From Chrysomallon squamiferum (Eukaryota; Animalia; Mollusca): 64,000 bases of DNA. The notes under the pieces were generated by a model. The model was not told where the DNA came from. It did no database searches and saw only the letters and a program-made list of their open reading frames with translations. Positions 1 through 38,985 of the stretch are shown piece after piece. Location: contig CM022665.1 in assembly GCA_012295275.1 (NCBI GenBank), forward strand, positions 6,076,001 to 6,140,000. Reading direction: 5' to 3'. How positions within the stretch are numbered: the first letter of the stretch is position 1; every line of letters starts with the position of its first letter. The position numbers were made by a program, and so were the translations under genes.

Positions 1-357
1 CTGTAATTCAACAGTTCATGAGAATAAAGTCGCTGTCATTGACATTGTCACATACAGTAGACCAATAAGCTTGGACTGCTCGCTTATGGAAGGTGATTAG
101 GGATCGGTGTGTTTTAAAGTGTTCGAGTCACTGACTGGGGATTGCCGCTCTGAGAAAAAGAAACTCAACAGCTGTTTTGTACCAGAGATAGCTAACAGCT
201 GTGTGCAACCCGTATGGGAACTGACCCTTCGTGAAAAAGTACTTCATAAATGTGTGACCGACACCTTCACCTCTGGGTCATTCGAGTGCTAAGTGATTCA
301 AAGACTTTATCGACGGTCATGTATAGAGTGATGAGAATCTGACATAACTGCACGGTG

Positions 358-411
<54 letters not shown>

Positions 412-690
412 AAAGAAACGATTATTTCAAACCATCGTCAGAATAAGGAATTTATTTCATGTTTTATTTCGGAAAACAATATTAGCACTCGTTAACGCGG
501 AGAGTAAAGCAGAATCCTTATTTCTTCCATTCCAGAAAGTAACATCGAACCGTTTTATCCAAAGAGCCTGTGATGTTCATCAACAGCAGGAATCCAAGAA
601 ATGACGACAAAATTTTCCTCTCTCTTTTAATACTGCTGTTATTACTATTATTACTATTACTGCTGTTACTACTACTACCATTAATAACAA

Positions 691-747
<57 letters not shown>

Positions 748-971
748 TAATAATAGACTATTGACATATTATTATTACCGTTTATATTAATAAAAATAAT
801 ATTTGCTCAGCTTAGTTTGCTTTTCTTTCAGGATTAGAATAATAAATAAATAAATAATAATAATAATAATAATAATAATAATTTAAAAAAAATAATAATG
901 ATAAAAATAATAATAATAGTAATAATAATAATAATAATAATAATTAAAAAATAATAATAATAATAATAACA

Positions 972-1004
<33 letters not shown>

Positions 1005-1122
1005 GTAATAATAATAATTTTTAAAAAATAAATAATAAAAATAATAGTAACAGTAATAATAATAACAATAATAACAAATAAATAAATAAATAAAAATCGG
1101 ACAGGTGTAATTAACCGTTTAC

Positions 1123-2255
1123 CTTTCCTGACCATTCCCACCGCCAGACATTTGAGATATCGACACTTCTGACAGCGAATCCTGCCACGTTTGATGACAC
1201 TGCACGAGCTGTCACACTGACCCGGCGTGTCACTGTCTCTTGTCTTCTTACAGCGAATGAAAAAACTCTAAAATCACAAAACAACAAAAACAGATTACAC
1301 AGTTTTAACTGTCACTAACATTTAACCTCACTGTGCCCGCAGTCTGTACGGATTAGCAAGGGATTAACTGATACGGCTTAATGCTTCAATCGCTATAGTC
1401 AGTGTCATTAAAGTGAACAGTTACTCAGAATCCAAACCCATCTAGAGCATCCACAGACAAATCTGGAACCATTTCGAAACAAATGGTGCCGCTACTATGA
1501 ATCATATTGAGGGAAGGCATTCAAAACTGAAGACGATGGGAAGCAATCATCCCAACATTTTTAAACTTCATAAATATGATTAAGAGAGAATATGATTAAA
1601 AGAGAACATGAGGCCTTTGTTGAAGCTACAGTTTTACTAATAAGAGCTGGTGGAAGGTTGGCAACTTGACTCTGAAATAAGCCAACAGCAAATGCTTCTC
1701 CTGACAGGACAAAAATCTGCAACAGAATATGCTGATTCCGTCTCCCGTTTCGTTGGACTGAAATGTTACAAGTCCATTGTGGGGTGTTTTTTGGGGAAAT
1801 AAACTATACTGTAATCCCCTATTGTTTCATCATCTGCTTCAGTAACATGTAACAATAGGTGCGGGCTCAGTGAGGTGACCGAGTCATTAAGTCTTTGACT
1901 TGTTTTTAAGACACAAATAAATTCCGTTTTTGAGAAAGTGTATGAAAAAAAAAAAAAAAAAAATAATAAAAAGATAACTTACATGTGAATAACAATTTTA
2001 CGGTATTTAATTCATCAACACAATTTAGTTCTTAATATCAAAAATGAAAAACATTGTTGTAAAATGTCCTGTCTGTTCCTCAGTATAACAGCACAGTTTA
2101 TATTGCTTAAAAAGATGTAACATCTTACACTGTGTGAAATCATTACTTAGAATCAGGTTTACAAAAACTGTTTGCAGTGAAAACTGTAATTCACTAAATA
2201 TTTTTATTATACTTTCTACTAATGTTTGCAGACACACACACATACACACACAGCG

Positions 2256-2308
<53 letters not shown>

Positions 2309-2691
2309 CGGAAAAACTTCGCGTATGCTAACTTCATATTCTTAACTATGATTTTAAATAAAAATTAATTCTAATTCAGTTATTCACAGTTTAATACAAT
2401 ATTTATACTAAATAATGCAAACTCAACGAGCTAGACACAGCATGACAGTTTTAAAAAGAACCGACTTACTTTACACGGTAAACACACTAATGCCCCGAAG
2501 AAATAGCCATTAGCCTTCTGTCCGCATACTGCACAGTCAGTGGACAAGACTCGACCTCCTTCCCTAGTGGACGCCATGGCGTTCTGACCACAACGTCGAC
2601 GAAGTTCAGATGACGTTACTGGACTGCGAAGAAAGGCCGACGCAGCTGTAGGTCCTGGGATGGTCTCCCTAGGGTCACCGCGTTGCCGCAT
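1123..2691 (-). CDS. Nuclear hormone receptor, 5' part (C4 zinc-finger DNA-binding domain, P-box CLPCKS); gene probably continues beyond the left edge; candidate two-DBD receptor
   Basis: Exon 2470-2708 (acceptor tttctctctcag; in-frame ATGs at 2691 and 2577; donor gtaagt) encodes ...MASTREGGRVLSTDCAVCGQKANGYFFGALVCLPCK. Phase-0 exon 1123-1267 encodes SFFIRCKKTRDSDTPGQCDSSCSVIKRGRIRCQKCRYLKCLAVGMVRK. Together they form a complete NR DBD ending in the typical KCLxxGM. No ligand-binding domain is in the window. Confidence 0.9.
1325..1876 (+). mobile_element. Decayed non-autonomous DNA transposon with 17-bp TIRs carrying a MULE/Mutator-like transposase C-terminal fragment
   Basis: TIRs: acctcactgtgcccgca (1325-1341) and tgcgggctcagtgaggt (1860-1876), one mismatch. 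The interior (~1461-1763) translates with frameshifts/stops to IWNHFETNGAATMNHIEGRHSKLKTMGSNHPNIFKL/INMIKRE...EAFVEATVLLIRAGG...GQKSATEYADSVSRFVGL. This resembles the WN-x-RTNNxxEGWH-x-HPNI motif of MULE transposases (recalled motif). Confidence 0.75.
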
Positions 2692-2927
2692 CTCCGAGGA
2701 CTCGTAAACTGAGAGAGAAAGATGATACAGCAATAGAACATCTCCTTCACGCTCCGTCGTTTTTTCACAGTGGCCACTTAAAACTACATCGAACTTCAAT
2801 ATAACATAATCTCTTTTTAAAATGTTTATTAATAACGAAGTGGGTGTTTTCATTTTTTGTTTCGGTGACTTCTTATTGACGTCTGGTATGTATTCGAATC
2901 AAAGGTTTACCATAATAAAAATGCCGC

Positions 2928-2975
<48 letters not shown>

Positions 2976-3593
2976 TGAAAAAAAAAATTAAAAAAAATTA
3001 TATTTAAAAATGGCAAAGAAAAAACATTTCACTAAACTTTCGCATTTAATTATTTACTTGTTTATTAACTTAGTTAATTTAACTACTTGCCTACCAACAT
3101 TGTAAAAAAATTGAAAAGATAGTGCGTATTATAAGTAATGTTGTAAATGTAACTGATAAAAAAAAAAAAAAAAATGTTTTCCATAAAGTAAAAAATAATA
3201 ATAAAAAAAAAAAAAAAAAAAAAATAAAAATAACCATAATCAGTGAAGAAGAACATTTACGAGGACAAACACGTAATTTTTCTTTTTACTAGATCATTTA
3301 ACCTGTCTCACCTTTTAAAGGGTGTTGCCCTAGAAATGCACACACCAGCGATTCCTTTTTTCTTTTTTATTATTATTATTATTATAAAATTTTTTTTTTT
3401 TTTTTTCTTGTATCTCAACAAATACATTTAAATTGGACCCAGATTACTGAGCTATACTAGTATACCTGACAAACCAACATTAACACATTTTTTTTTTTTT
3501 TTTTTTTTTTTTCGTTGCACCACTAGACAGACACACTGGTCATTTTCAGTCTATTAATAACTTACAGTTCAGAATCAGAGCGGGTTACTTGTA

Positions 3594-3822
3594 CAGTCAA
3601 ACCGCTTTATAACGCCGTTTTGTTAGAGGTTATGGCGTTGAAACAAGCAGGGTGGTATAACGAGTTTTCTGAAATTGTGATTTGCTACACACACCAAACC
3701 TGGAGGTCTTAATGTTTCTAAATAATAAAACCATTAGAAGGGAAACTTTCAAAACTTTAAATTATCAAGCATTTATGAGCTGATGGCAATATACGGGAGT
3801 TCGTCATAAAGACGTTTGACTG
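3594..3822. mobile_element. MITE of Tc1/mariner-pogo type, about 229 bp
   Basis: 21-bp imperfect TIRs: cagtcaaaccgctttataacg (3594-3614) versus the reverse complement of cgtcataaagacgtttgactg (3802-3822). TA precedes the left end and TT follows the right end. No coding capacity. Confidence 0.75.
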
Positions 3823-4938
3823 TTTTTGAAATTTGCTTAAAACTTATTTATTTTAATCTAAATTGATTGAAGTTTTGCCAGTGACCATTAACACGACATA
3901 AACAATAAGAATGTGACTAAGTCTGTGTGTGTGTGTGTGTGTCTGTGTTTGAATGTACGTACTTACCAATGTATGTAAGCATCTGATGGTGTCTGTCTGT
4001 CTGTGTGCAGTATCTTTGTTTCTATAAATATTAGTGGTGTAGATAACAGTATTTTCACGTGAATGGCCTTGAAATACCTGTAGACTGACCGACCGAGTTA
4101 GCAAAAGAAGGTCAGATGATAGGTACAGTACAATAACACTCACACTGTGGATTGTGTTACATTTGTTCAACTTTATACTTCTTCTTCCTTATCGATGATT
4201 TTATTAATTTATACTATTTATTAAGAAAATGTCTGGACACACAAACAACAAGAAATAATAATAAATAACAAAACAAAATATAATAAAATAATAAAATTAA
4301 TAATAAAAAAGTAAATAAATAAAAATAAAGTCAGAGACAGAAGAAAAATTTATTGTTACTAACGTAATGGTTTGCAATACATTATCATTATAGTTTTAGT
4401 TTCCATTCATTTAGTGTATCTTCAAATATGTGATACAATATATAATAATATAATGCAATTTGATATAATATAATTTATTGTGATAAAATGCAATCTAATA
4501 CACAGAACATAAATAATACTGTTATGTGTGTGCTTCCGTGCTGAGTGTGTGCTTGCTTGCGTCGTCTGCTTACGTTGTATTTGTTACGTGCGTAGTAAAA
4601 TATGCATTTGTTTCTTTATTTATGTATTTAACGTGTTTTTACCTAATGCTGATAATACATCTGGTATTCTTGAGATCATAGAAAGTTCGTTTAAATATCT
4701 CTTACGATTGAAATAAGGCTGTTGTATGAGTATAATACACTCAGTATTATATTTTCAAATAAAACTGTGTGAGTCTGTTGTTAAAATATCTATTCAACCA
4801 CATTTGTATCACGCACACGAGCAATGTTTTGAATATGTTTACATGTAGCTTATTTTATATGTATAGGCACACGATTATAACTGATTTTCTATTAACTAAT
4901 TATCAGTTATTTTTAAATTTTATTAATTACTTTATTAC

Positions 4939-4984
<46 letters not shown>

Positions 4985-5017
4985 TTTTATTGGTGCCATT
5001 ATTATTGTTGTTGCTGC

Positions 5018-5058
<41 letters not shown>

Positions 5059-5163
5059 TTCTGTTTTTATAAATAATTCTTAAATGGTGCCTTCGATATT
5101 TAAAATAAAATTTGTGAGCTTTTTCCCAAGCTTTGATGAAGACACAGATAATTCGACCTAAAA

Positions 5164-5211
<48 letters not shown>

Positions 5212-5834
5212 CATCATTATTATTATTATTATTAAAATGCGTATAGAAACCTACTTACAAAAAAGATGACCTATCCTCAGTGTTGTCAGTGAGGTGCAAT
5301 CACCTCTGTCGTCTGCTGCGTTATGCGCCAGTAAACGCTATGAAGAGTGTAATAGACTAAAGACAACCTTCTTGTTATTAAAAACAGCCTCTTATCGTGG
5401 CCTTGTCCTTGGCCTTTAGTCTTGCCCTATTTACCTAATTTTTGATCATATTCAAAAACACCAGAGCCGCCCACTTATAATCGTAAACAAATTTACTAGT
5501 AACAGTCGCTGATACATGATTTGCCACACCCAACTGAAGAAAAAAAAAAAAAAAAAAAAAAAAAATCTTGTTTTTGTTCTGTTTTGTTTCCTTTCCTTTC
5601 ATCAGTTTTAATGAATAAGAAATCTGTAATAGTCTTATGAACAAATAAATAACTGCAGTTAATAATGGAGATGTGATATATACTGGTAAGCAAAACTAAA
5701 TTTCATTCTTAATATATAAAGACTTCACAAACGTTGAGACAGATCGCCCCGATATATAGATATGACTATCTATGACTATCTATCCGTTCACAGGCCTGTT
5801 ATTGACAGTTCTCATACATAAAAAAAAATAATAA

Positions 5835-5885
<51 letters not shown>

Positions 5886-5895
5886 TAAATAAATA

Positions 5896-5943
<48 letters not shown>

Positions 5944-6185
5944 CCCTGTAATTATTCTGTTCCTAATTTTAGAAAGAAACTTTTGTCAACAGACAACACG
6001 TTTTTGTTCAATGGTGATTATCAAATGAAATGTATATGTGCACGAATTAAATGTATTCTTACTAAGTTCAGTTTGACATGCATTTATATTTATATAAAGC
6101 GAGGAGAACAGCCAGTGGAAACTGAATCCGTATGGATTTAGTACTGACAATTAACCGACATTATTTAATCAGATGCATATGATAA

Positions 6186-6410
6186 GGACTGAGATCGCAG
6201 GATCGGTCCTCGCCGGGTCGCTTCTCACGCTATTTTCAGTTCTGTCCAGTGGTACATGACTAGTGTATTAAACCATGCCTTTGTGAAATGGGTAGGTAAA
6301 TATATATCAAAGATTCAATGATAAAATTAATAATGACAGTAGTTCATGGAGCGACGCCACCATTTCCTTCATAACCTCATCATGTTTGACACTTAACAAT
6401 CGTGGTTAAT
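6186..6410 (+). mobile_element. Possible degraded SINE-like interspersed repeat
   Basis: Locally GC-richer stretch with a tRNA B-box-like head (gcaggatcggtcctcg) followed by gctattttcagttctgtccagtggtacatgactagtgtatta. It resembles gastropod SINE bodies as I recall them and partly resembles 62745-62770 (attggactatttcttcg). Confidence 0.3.
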
Positions 6411-6583
6411 ACATTAACAATACTACATTGTTTCATGTATAGTGTACAGGGATATTTGTTAAATAATCCTTCATGTATTCAATATAACGTTAACTTATCT
6501 TTTTAATATTTATTTATTAATTTATTATGTTCAGTCTGCTTTAGAGTATATATTTCTTTTCACTTTATTATTATTTATTATTA

Positions 6584-6632
<49 letters not shown>

Positions 6633-7819
6633 TTAAAGATTTTTGTTTGTTGTTGTTGATGCTGCTGATGTTGCATGTATATACCATGAAATAAACTACC
6701 TTTCGTTGGTACTAATATCGAAAATTAACTGAAACAAAACTACAGTTAAATTAAAAACAGTAAAACAAAACGTCATAAATGGAAGTCGTTCAGATATGTC
6801 TCCGTCAATGATTTCCTGGGATACGTTTTGCAACATTAAAGATCACAGAGCAACATAATTATTTAAATATTTTTTCTAATGCTCGAGTTATACTACACGT
6901 TATCGTTTTAGAGATCATAATTATAAGTTTAATTACAACACCTTTACAGAGATTGGAAAATGAACCATAATAGCAATCTAGTAATTACTGAAATAAGCTG
7001 CCTGATTATCAGTTGGCACTCTTACAAATAAAAATTTTTTTGATACTATTCATAATAAAAGAATTACCAAATATCTAATTTTCATGTAAACTTTTTTTTT
7101 TCAAATGACAAATGAAGATGTATTCTATACCAATTAAAAGGAAACCAGTGCCAAATGTAAAAACACTTTTTTGAAGATATCTATAACAGTGTAAAAAATA
7201 TCGCACTTTAAGCTGACATTAAAAACAGAAGAAAAAGAAGAAGAAGTTAACCTTGAGTCCAAGAACTTATTTCAAGAGATATCTTTATAAAATTTGCATT
7301 CAGTAATTTGTTATTTTTATGAGGATTTTTCTTTATTTTCGGATTTTCGATTACATCTTTTTACGAAATTCCCCCAACAAAATAAACTGATATTTGATCC
7401 TATTTTTCTTTAAATATACAGTAAATTGGCGTAAGATTTGGATGTTGTGAATTTGCCAACTGGAAAAAAAAAAACCCAGAAAAAAACATTAAAAAAACAA
7501 AACAAAACAAAGTAGCGAGCGCCCCTAGCGGCTGTTAGCATTGCTATTACATGTCAGCCGTATATCGGGTAGCCTAAATCTTATGAGTATGAACCATAAT
7601 TACCCGTTTTATTTATAAATTTAAAGTTAGATGACTTTATAGGTTAGTTCAATTCTTTAAAAAAATAAAAAATAAATGAAATGAAAAAAATAATTAAAAA
7701 CATAAATAAATAATCAAGGGAAATAACTCTAAAGAATGGGGAAAACCGAAACATGGACGATGACGCTGAAATAAAGTAATGTTATCGTTTGTTTTTTAAC
7801 GTAAAAAATAGAAAAGAAG

Positions 7820-12037
<4,218 letters not shown>

Positions 12038-12963
12038 ATTCAGCATACAAAACAGACCTCCTATGTTGAGCTGAAAGTGAAAAAAAATTAAAGTGGAAAA
12101 AAAGCATTTTTCAAATAAATGTATTTTTCACATGTGTTATTTATGTAAAAATTAAATGGAGTTAATAATAATGATTCTGCTTGACTGCACAATAACAGAG
12201 TGATTTTTAAGCCTGTTTAAAGAATAGAAAAAATAGAAAAAATTGTACAAATAGAAAATATGTTTTCTAAGGGGTTTAGTGGTGTAAGTTAGTGCTGTAT
12301 CAGTACTGATGTGTTGAAATTAAGAATAAGTAACTATAATAATTGTTTGTGTTTTGTTGGACTATGTTCTAATTCACTGAGCATACATTCATTTATTTAA
12401 AAGAAACTGCATTAACATTTTAGGTATTCCGTTAATTCGAAGTCCATTATTTATTTAGTACGCTCTGCATGATGTTAGCTCTTGGTTGTATAAAACTGAT
12501 GTAACAGAAAAATGTTCAATGTACTTTAATTATCAAAATTTATTAATACACTGAATTCATTTAGTTCATTTGGAAGCAGTTTGTGCATTATTTTAATAAT
12601 TAAAAAAAATAATAATAATAAAATAAAATATAAATAAATAAAAAAAGGATAAAAAAATTTATGAGATAGTTTTCTGCTCATTTTCCTGAGGCATTAAAAG
12701 TACATTTTATTAACTTTTCGATAATTCTTGATGTTTTTTTCCCCCCAGTATTTTTATATATATTATTAACATATCTATGCTTTTAAAATAGATATAACAA
12801 AAACAAAATAATTTAATATATTTTATTCACCTTACAGCTTGTAAAAAAATGTTTAACAGATACATACAGACAATGTGATAAATAATTTTTTTAATTCACA
12901 TTTTGCATTTTGTTTGTGTTTCTATAAACATCAAAATACTAATTTTTGATATAGAAAAAACCC

Positions 12964-13006
<43 letters not shown>

Positions 13007-14636
13007 TTTCAGAATATTTGTATGATTTACATTATAAAATAGGAGTGTTGATTTTCCTCTCACAGAATTTACCACTTCCACTAATAAAAAATGTTTTTCA
13101 GAAACAGATAATGCTTCTGAACTGGTGTGTATTTTCAGTGGATTTAATAAAAATTCTTCTTTAATGTAAAGAAGTACATTGATACATTTATTTAATTTTA
13201 TGGTACAAATATGACATCTATTATATTTAACAAGTGCAAACAAATTTTTCTTATTCTTTTTATTTTATTTTTGTTTTGTTTCAGCAGCTGTGATATTTAA
13301 TAACTGGAACAAAATTTTGGAAACAAATAACAGTTTTTTTTATTTCAGTATAAATTTAGATGTTTGGTAGAAGAAAAGAAACAAAATAAAAATTTGATAT
13401 CTTTCTAATTATGAAGGATTACCATTAATTTCAACATCTTGATTTCCAGTTTACAAACACTACTCAGTTTTAATTTTTGTTATTTATCAAACACTCATAA
13501 AACAGAGATCTGAAATACATTAGACATTATGCTGAATACCTAACTGGAAAAAATAACTTAAAGGACAGGAATTTTCAGTCAGTACCTTGTCAAAGAATAT
13601 TGCATTTCTACAAAAATACATTTATTATCATTATTATTACAAACATTTTATACATAATGACAGTACTGATATACATGTAAATGAAAATGTATATACACAA
13701 ATATATAAATTTAGCTTGATACATTAAATATACGCAACTTGAGCCAAACTGTACAACATGAGTAAAATGTGAACAACGTATAAACATTATGCTTTATAAC
13801 ACCAGTCAGCAAAGTAATAATAAGCACCCACCCATGTACAGAATAAATAAATGTAGGTTTGGTATCATATGTGAAATGAAGTCAGTTTAATATCTTCAAC
13901 AATTTTTGTAAACATTTTCTGATGTACATCTTGCCACCACAACCAAATAATGTTCTAAATGCAAGCAACAGTAATTAGGTATTTATGAAATTACTTGGTA
14001 TTTTTAACTATCATGATTATTAGTTGTATGATTAGTAATAATTATTTTGAAATTCTCATTTCAAAAAAAAATAAAATAAAATAAACTTGGGGTGAAAACA
14101 ACTTCAGCAGATCCAGCTGCATTTAAACACAATTTAAACCCTTATTTATAATACAGTGAAAAGTGACAGATGGTTGTAAATATGAAAATTAAACTAGTTT
14201 CATATTTTGTGGGTTATTTAAAAATGTTAAATTTAGAACGTGGATAAATTGACATAGCTAGTAAATTTGAATATTTATCAAAAACCAGTTAGCAGTTTCA
14301 AAAGGGATTGTAGTTTAAACTCTTCACAACATTAAATCAAAGTGGAAAGGAGGGGAAAGCTGCATTATTTTATAGTTTAATTAAAACTATAATATGGTTT
14401 ATTAACGAGGTTTTTACTATTAGCCCCTTTGCACTTCACAGAGCAAATATGAAAACCATTTTCCTTATCGTTAGTTTAATTAATTATACTGATGAAAAAC
14501 TATTTTTATTGTGAAATTACAGCTGAAACAACAAAATGAAAATTTATTGTGTTACATATTCCCTGTAGCTCACTGATCGCCAGAAACTTCTATCGTGTAA
14601 ACCTTTTGCCTGTTTATCTGTGAATAGGATTCTAGT

Positions 14637-36754
<22,118 letters not shown>

Positions 36755-37375
36755 CTTTTTATCAAATCGTCCACTATTTATGTTAATAATTTAAAATAAT
36801 TTCCTGAAAGTATTTTCTTCCAATTCTTCTCAATTTTCTAAAGGCGTGCGCATGTTGTCACTGTTGTTATTTCCTAAAACTGTCTTTGCAGATGCTCTCA
36901 AACGAAGGAGTAATTTAGGACGGAATTTAGCTACTGCTTGTTCGGGGATTGTCACCAGCTTTGGCCACCCCTAGAACAAATAGAACTGAAATTAACTGAG
37001 CCGGACCTCTCACTGACTATCGACTATAGGACGTTTTAGAGACGTTGTATGCAGAAGGACTTCGGGAAGATTCGTCTGGGTTCGGCTCGGCTCGGTATTA
37101 ATCGAGACAAAAAGCGCAGATCGTGACACACACACAATTTAGGAGTATTTCGACGTAAACGTTCCAAAATGTTAAAGATGTCTGCCAAGCTAGCGAGTAA
37201 ATAACAAACTGTGCGAGTCATCCAATTACGTCTGAGATTTAAATGCAAACTTCTATTTGGTCTATCACGTGCACGTCTGAATAAGAGAATTCGTCCATGA
37301 TGCCCTTCATTTAAATTGTCTTTTTATTTTTATTTTATCTTAACTAACCTAACTTTTTAAATTATTTTTTATTGC

Positions 37376-37418
<43 letters not shown>

Positions 37419-38074
37419 AATTTGTTTATTTGATTAATATTAATTCTGGTTTTATAGGTTTAAAGTTATATTTTATCATTTTAATCTGCTTGGATAGAAT
37501 ATTTTTCTCTGACTTGATTATTAGACTGAGAATATGTCAGGTGATTCATGGTAAAACAAAGAAAACAGCACAGCTGGACATGAGAAGATGTGAAATTATA
37601 ATTCATTTTTAAAATACCAATTTGTGTGTAATTCCAAAGACTTTACGTGTACAGCTGTTGTCCTGATTGTACAGCTATATTCGATTTTGAAACAAAATGC
37701 AGTCTCTGTATTCTATGGCTTGGTGCCAGTTAATTGTTTCGTAACTATATATGTAGGAGCCCCAGTGCATTGCTTTGTCAGTGCTGTTAATATGGCTTTG
37801 CATTTGTTGGGGGAAGAATGTATCCATTAGATAAGATGAATACATAGATAGATAGATAGATAGGGAGACAGAGAGAGAGAGAGGTTGGTGGGTGAGTGGA
37901 TTGATGGATGGAAGAATGGTTATAAACACACACGTGCATGCGTAAATATAATGTGATGTACGTCCAGGACCTACTGCCAGATTATTATTATTATTTTGTT
38001 TGTTTTAATTATTATGTTTTTAAAACGTGAACAGTTAAATGTACTGTGGACACCACTGATTAACAATGAATATA

Positions 38075-38335
38075 TAGGCGAAGCTGGCCCGGAAGCAGAA
38101 TTATTTTGGGTGGGGGTGGGGGTACGCGACGGCCCAAATGGCTGGAGTAGCTAGTGGGTCCGGGGACATGCCACTCCGAAATTATTTTATATCCAGAAAA
38201 CAGGAGCTGCATCTTCCTGCATTCTGGGAACTAAATTTCACATCGTCGGACTATTTTTTTTATTTTTTTTTTTTACACATTTCATGGGTGGGCCTCGGCA
38301 GACTATGGGTGGGGGTCGCGTATACTTTATGGGTA
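38075..38335. mobile_element. GC-rich interspersed repeat relic, probably a non-autonomous DNA element
   Basis: GC-rich island in AT-rich intergenic DNA containing gggtccggggacatgccactccgaaattatttt...tgcatcttcctgcattctgg. It resembles a common marine-invertebrate repeat type as I recall it; no clean TIR pair was resolved. Confidence 0.4.
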
Positions 38336-38887
38336 GGAATATTTGTTTGTCTTTCATAATAAACGTAAACAACAAGGAACAGATTTATCGAACAGAAACA
38401 AATTCTGCTATCGGACTGTTTCAGACTCTAAACGTAAAGGGGTAAAATGACGGCGTTCAAATATTTTATAACAATGTTATTTTGTTGCATTCTTTGTTTT
38501 ATCGATGACAGTCTCCTTAAATAATAAATAAAATCTGGAACAAACAAATATTTTTGGAGGACTGTTTGTTCGTTTGACCACAGCGGTATTTTAAACATCG
38601 AGAAAAGCATCATCGTTTCCTTAGGAATCATTATGACATTAATTTTTTTAAAATGAAGCATCTGTTCGTAATAAGTGGTTTTTTTTTTTTATTTTACCAT
38701 AACTTACGAAAACGCGCGCGCGCGCGTGCACACACACATATTTGTTTTGTTCTCTTTCCTTCTTTTATTGGATTAATATATTTCTTTTTTGAAGTTGTAA
38801 GGACAATTTGTCCTAATCTTTTTTTACCCTTATTTGTAGTTTTAAGATTTGTTTATGTTATGGTGTTAAAATATTCGATTTTGAAAC

Positions 38888-38981
<94 letters not shown>
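38888..38981. repeat. Head-to-head (AAT)n/(ATT)n perfect palindrome, about 94 bp
   Basis: An (AAT)n arm at 38888-38934 is directly followed by an (ATT)n arm from 38935 with no spacer. Confidence 0.9.

Positions 38982-38985
<4 letters not shown>

Noticed and set aside
570-1141. Poly-Ile/Leu, CVCV, THTH, SLSL and ERER ORFs here and throughout the ORF track
   Set aside because: They are translations of (AAT)n, (CA)n, (CT)n and (TACA)n microsatellites, with no splice or domain support.
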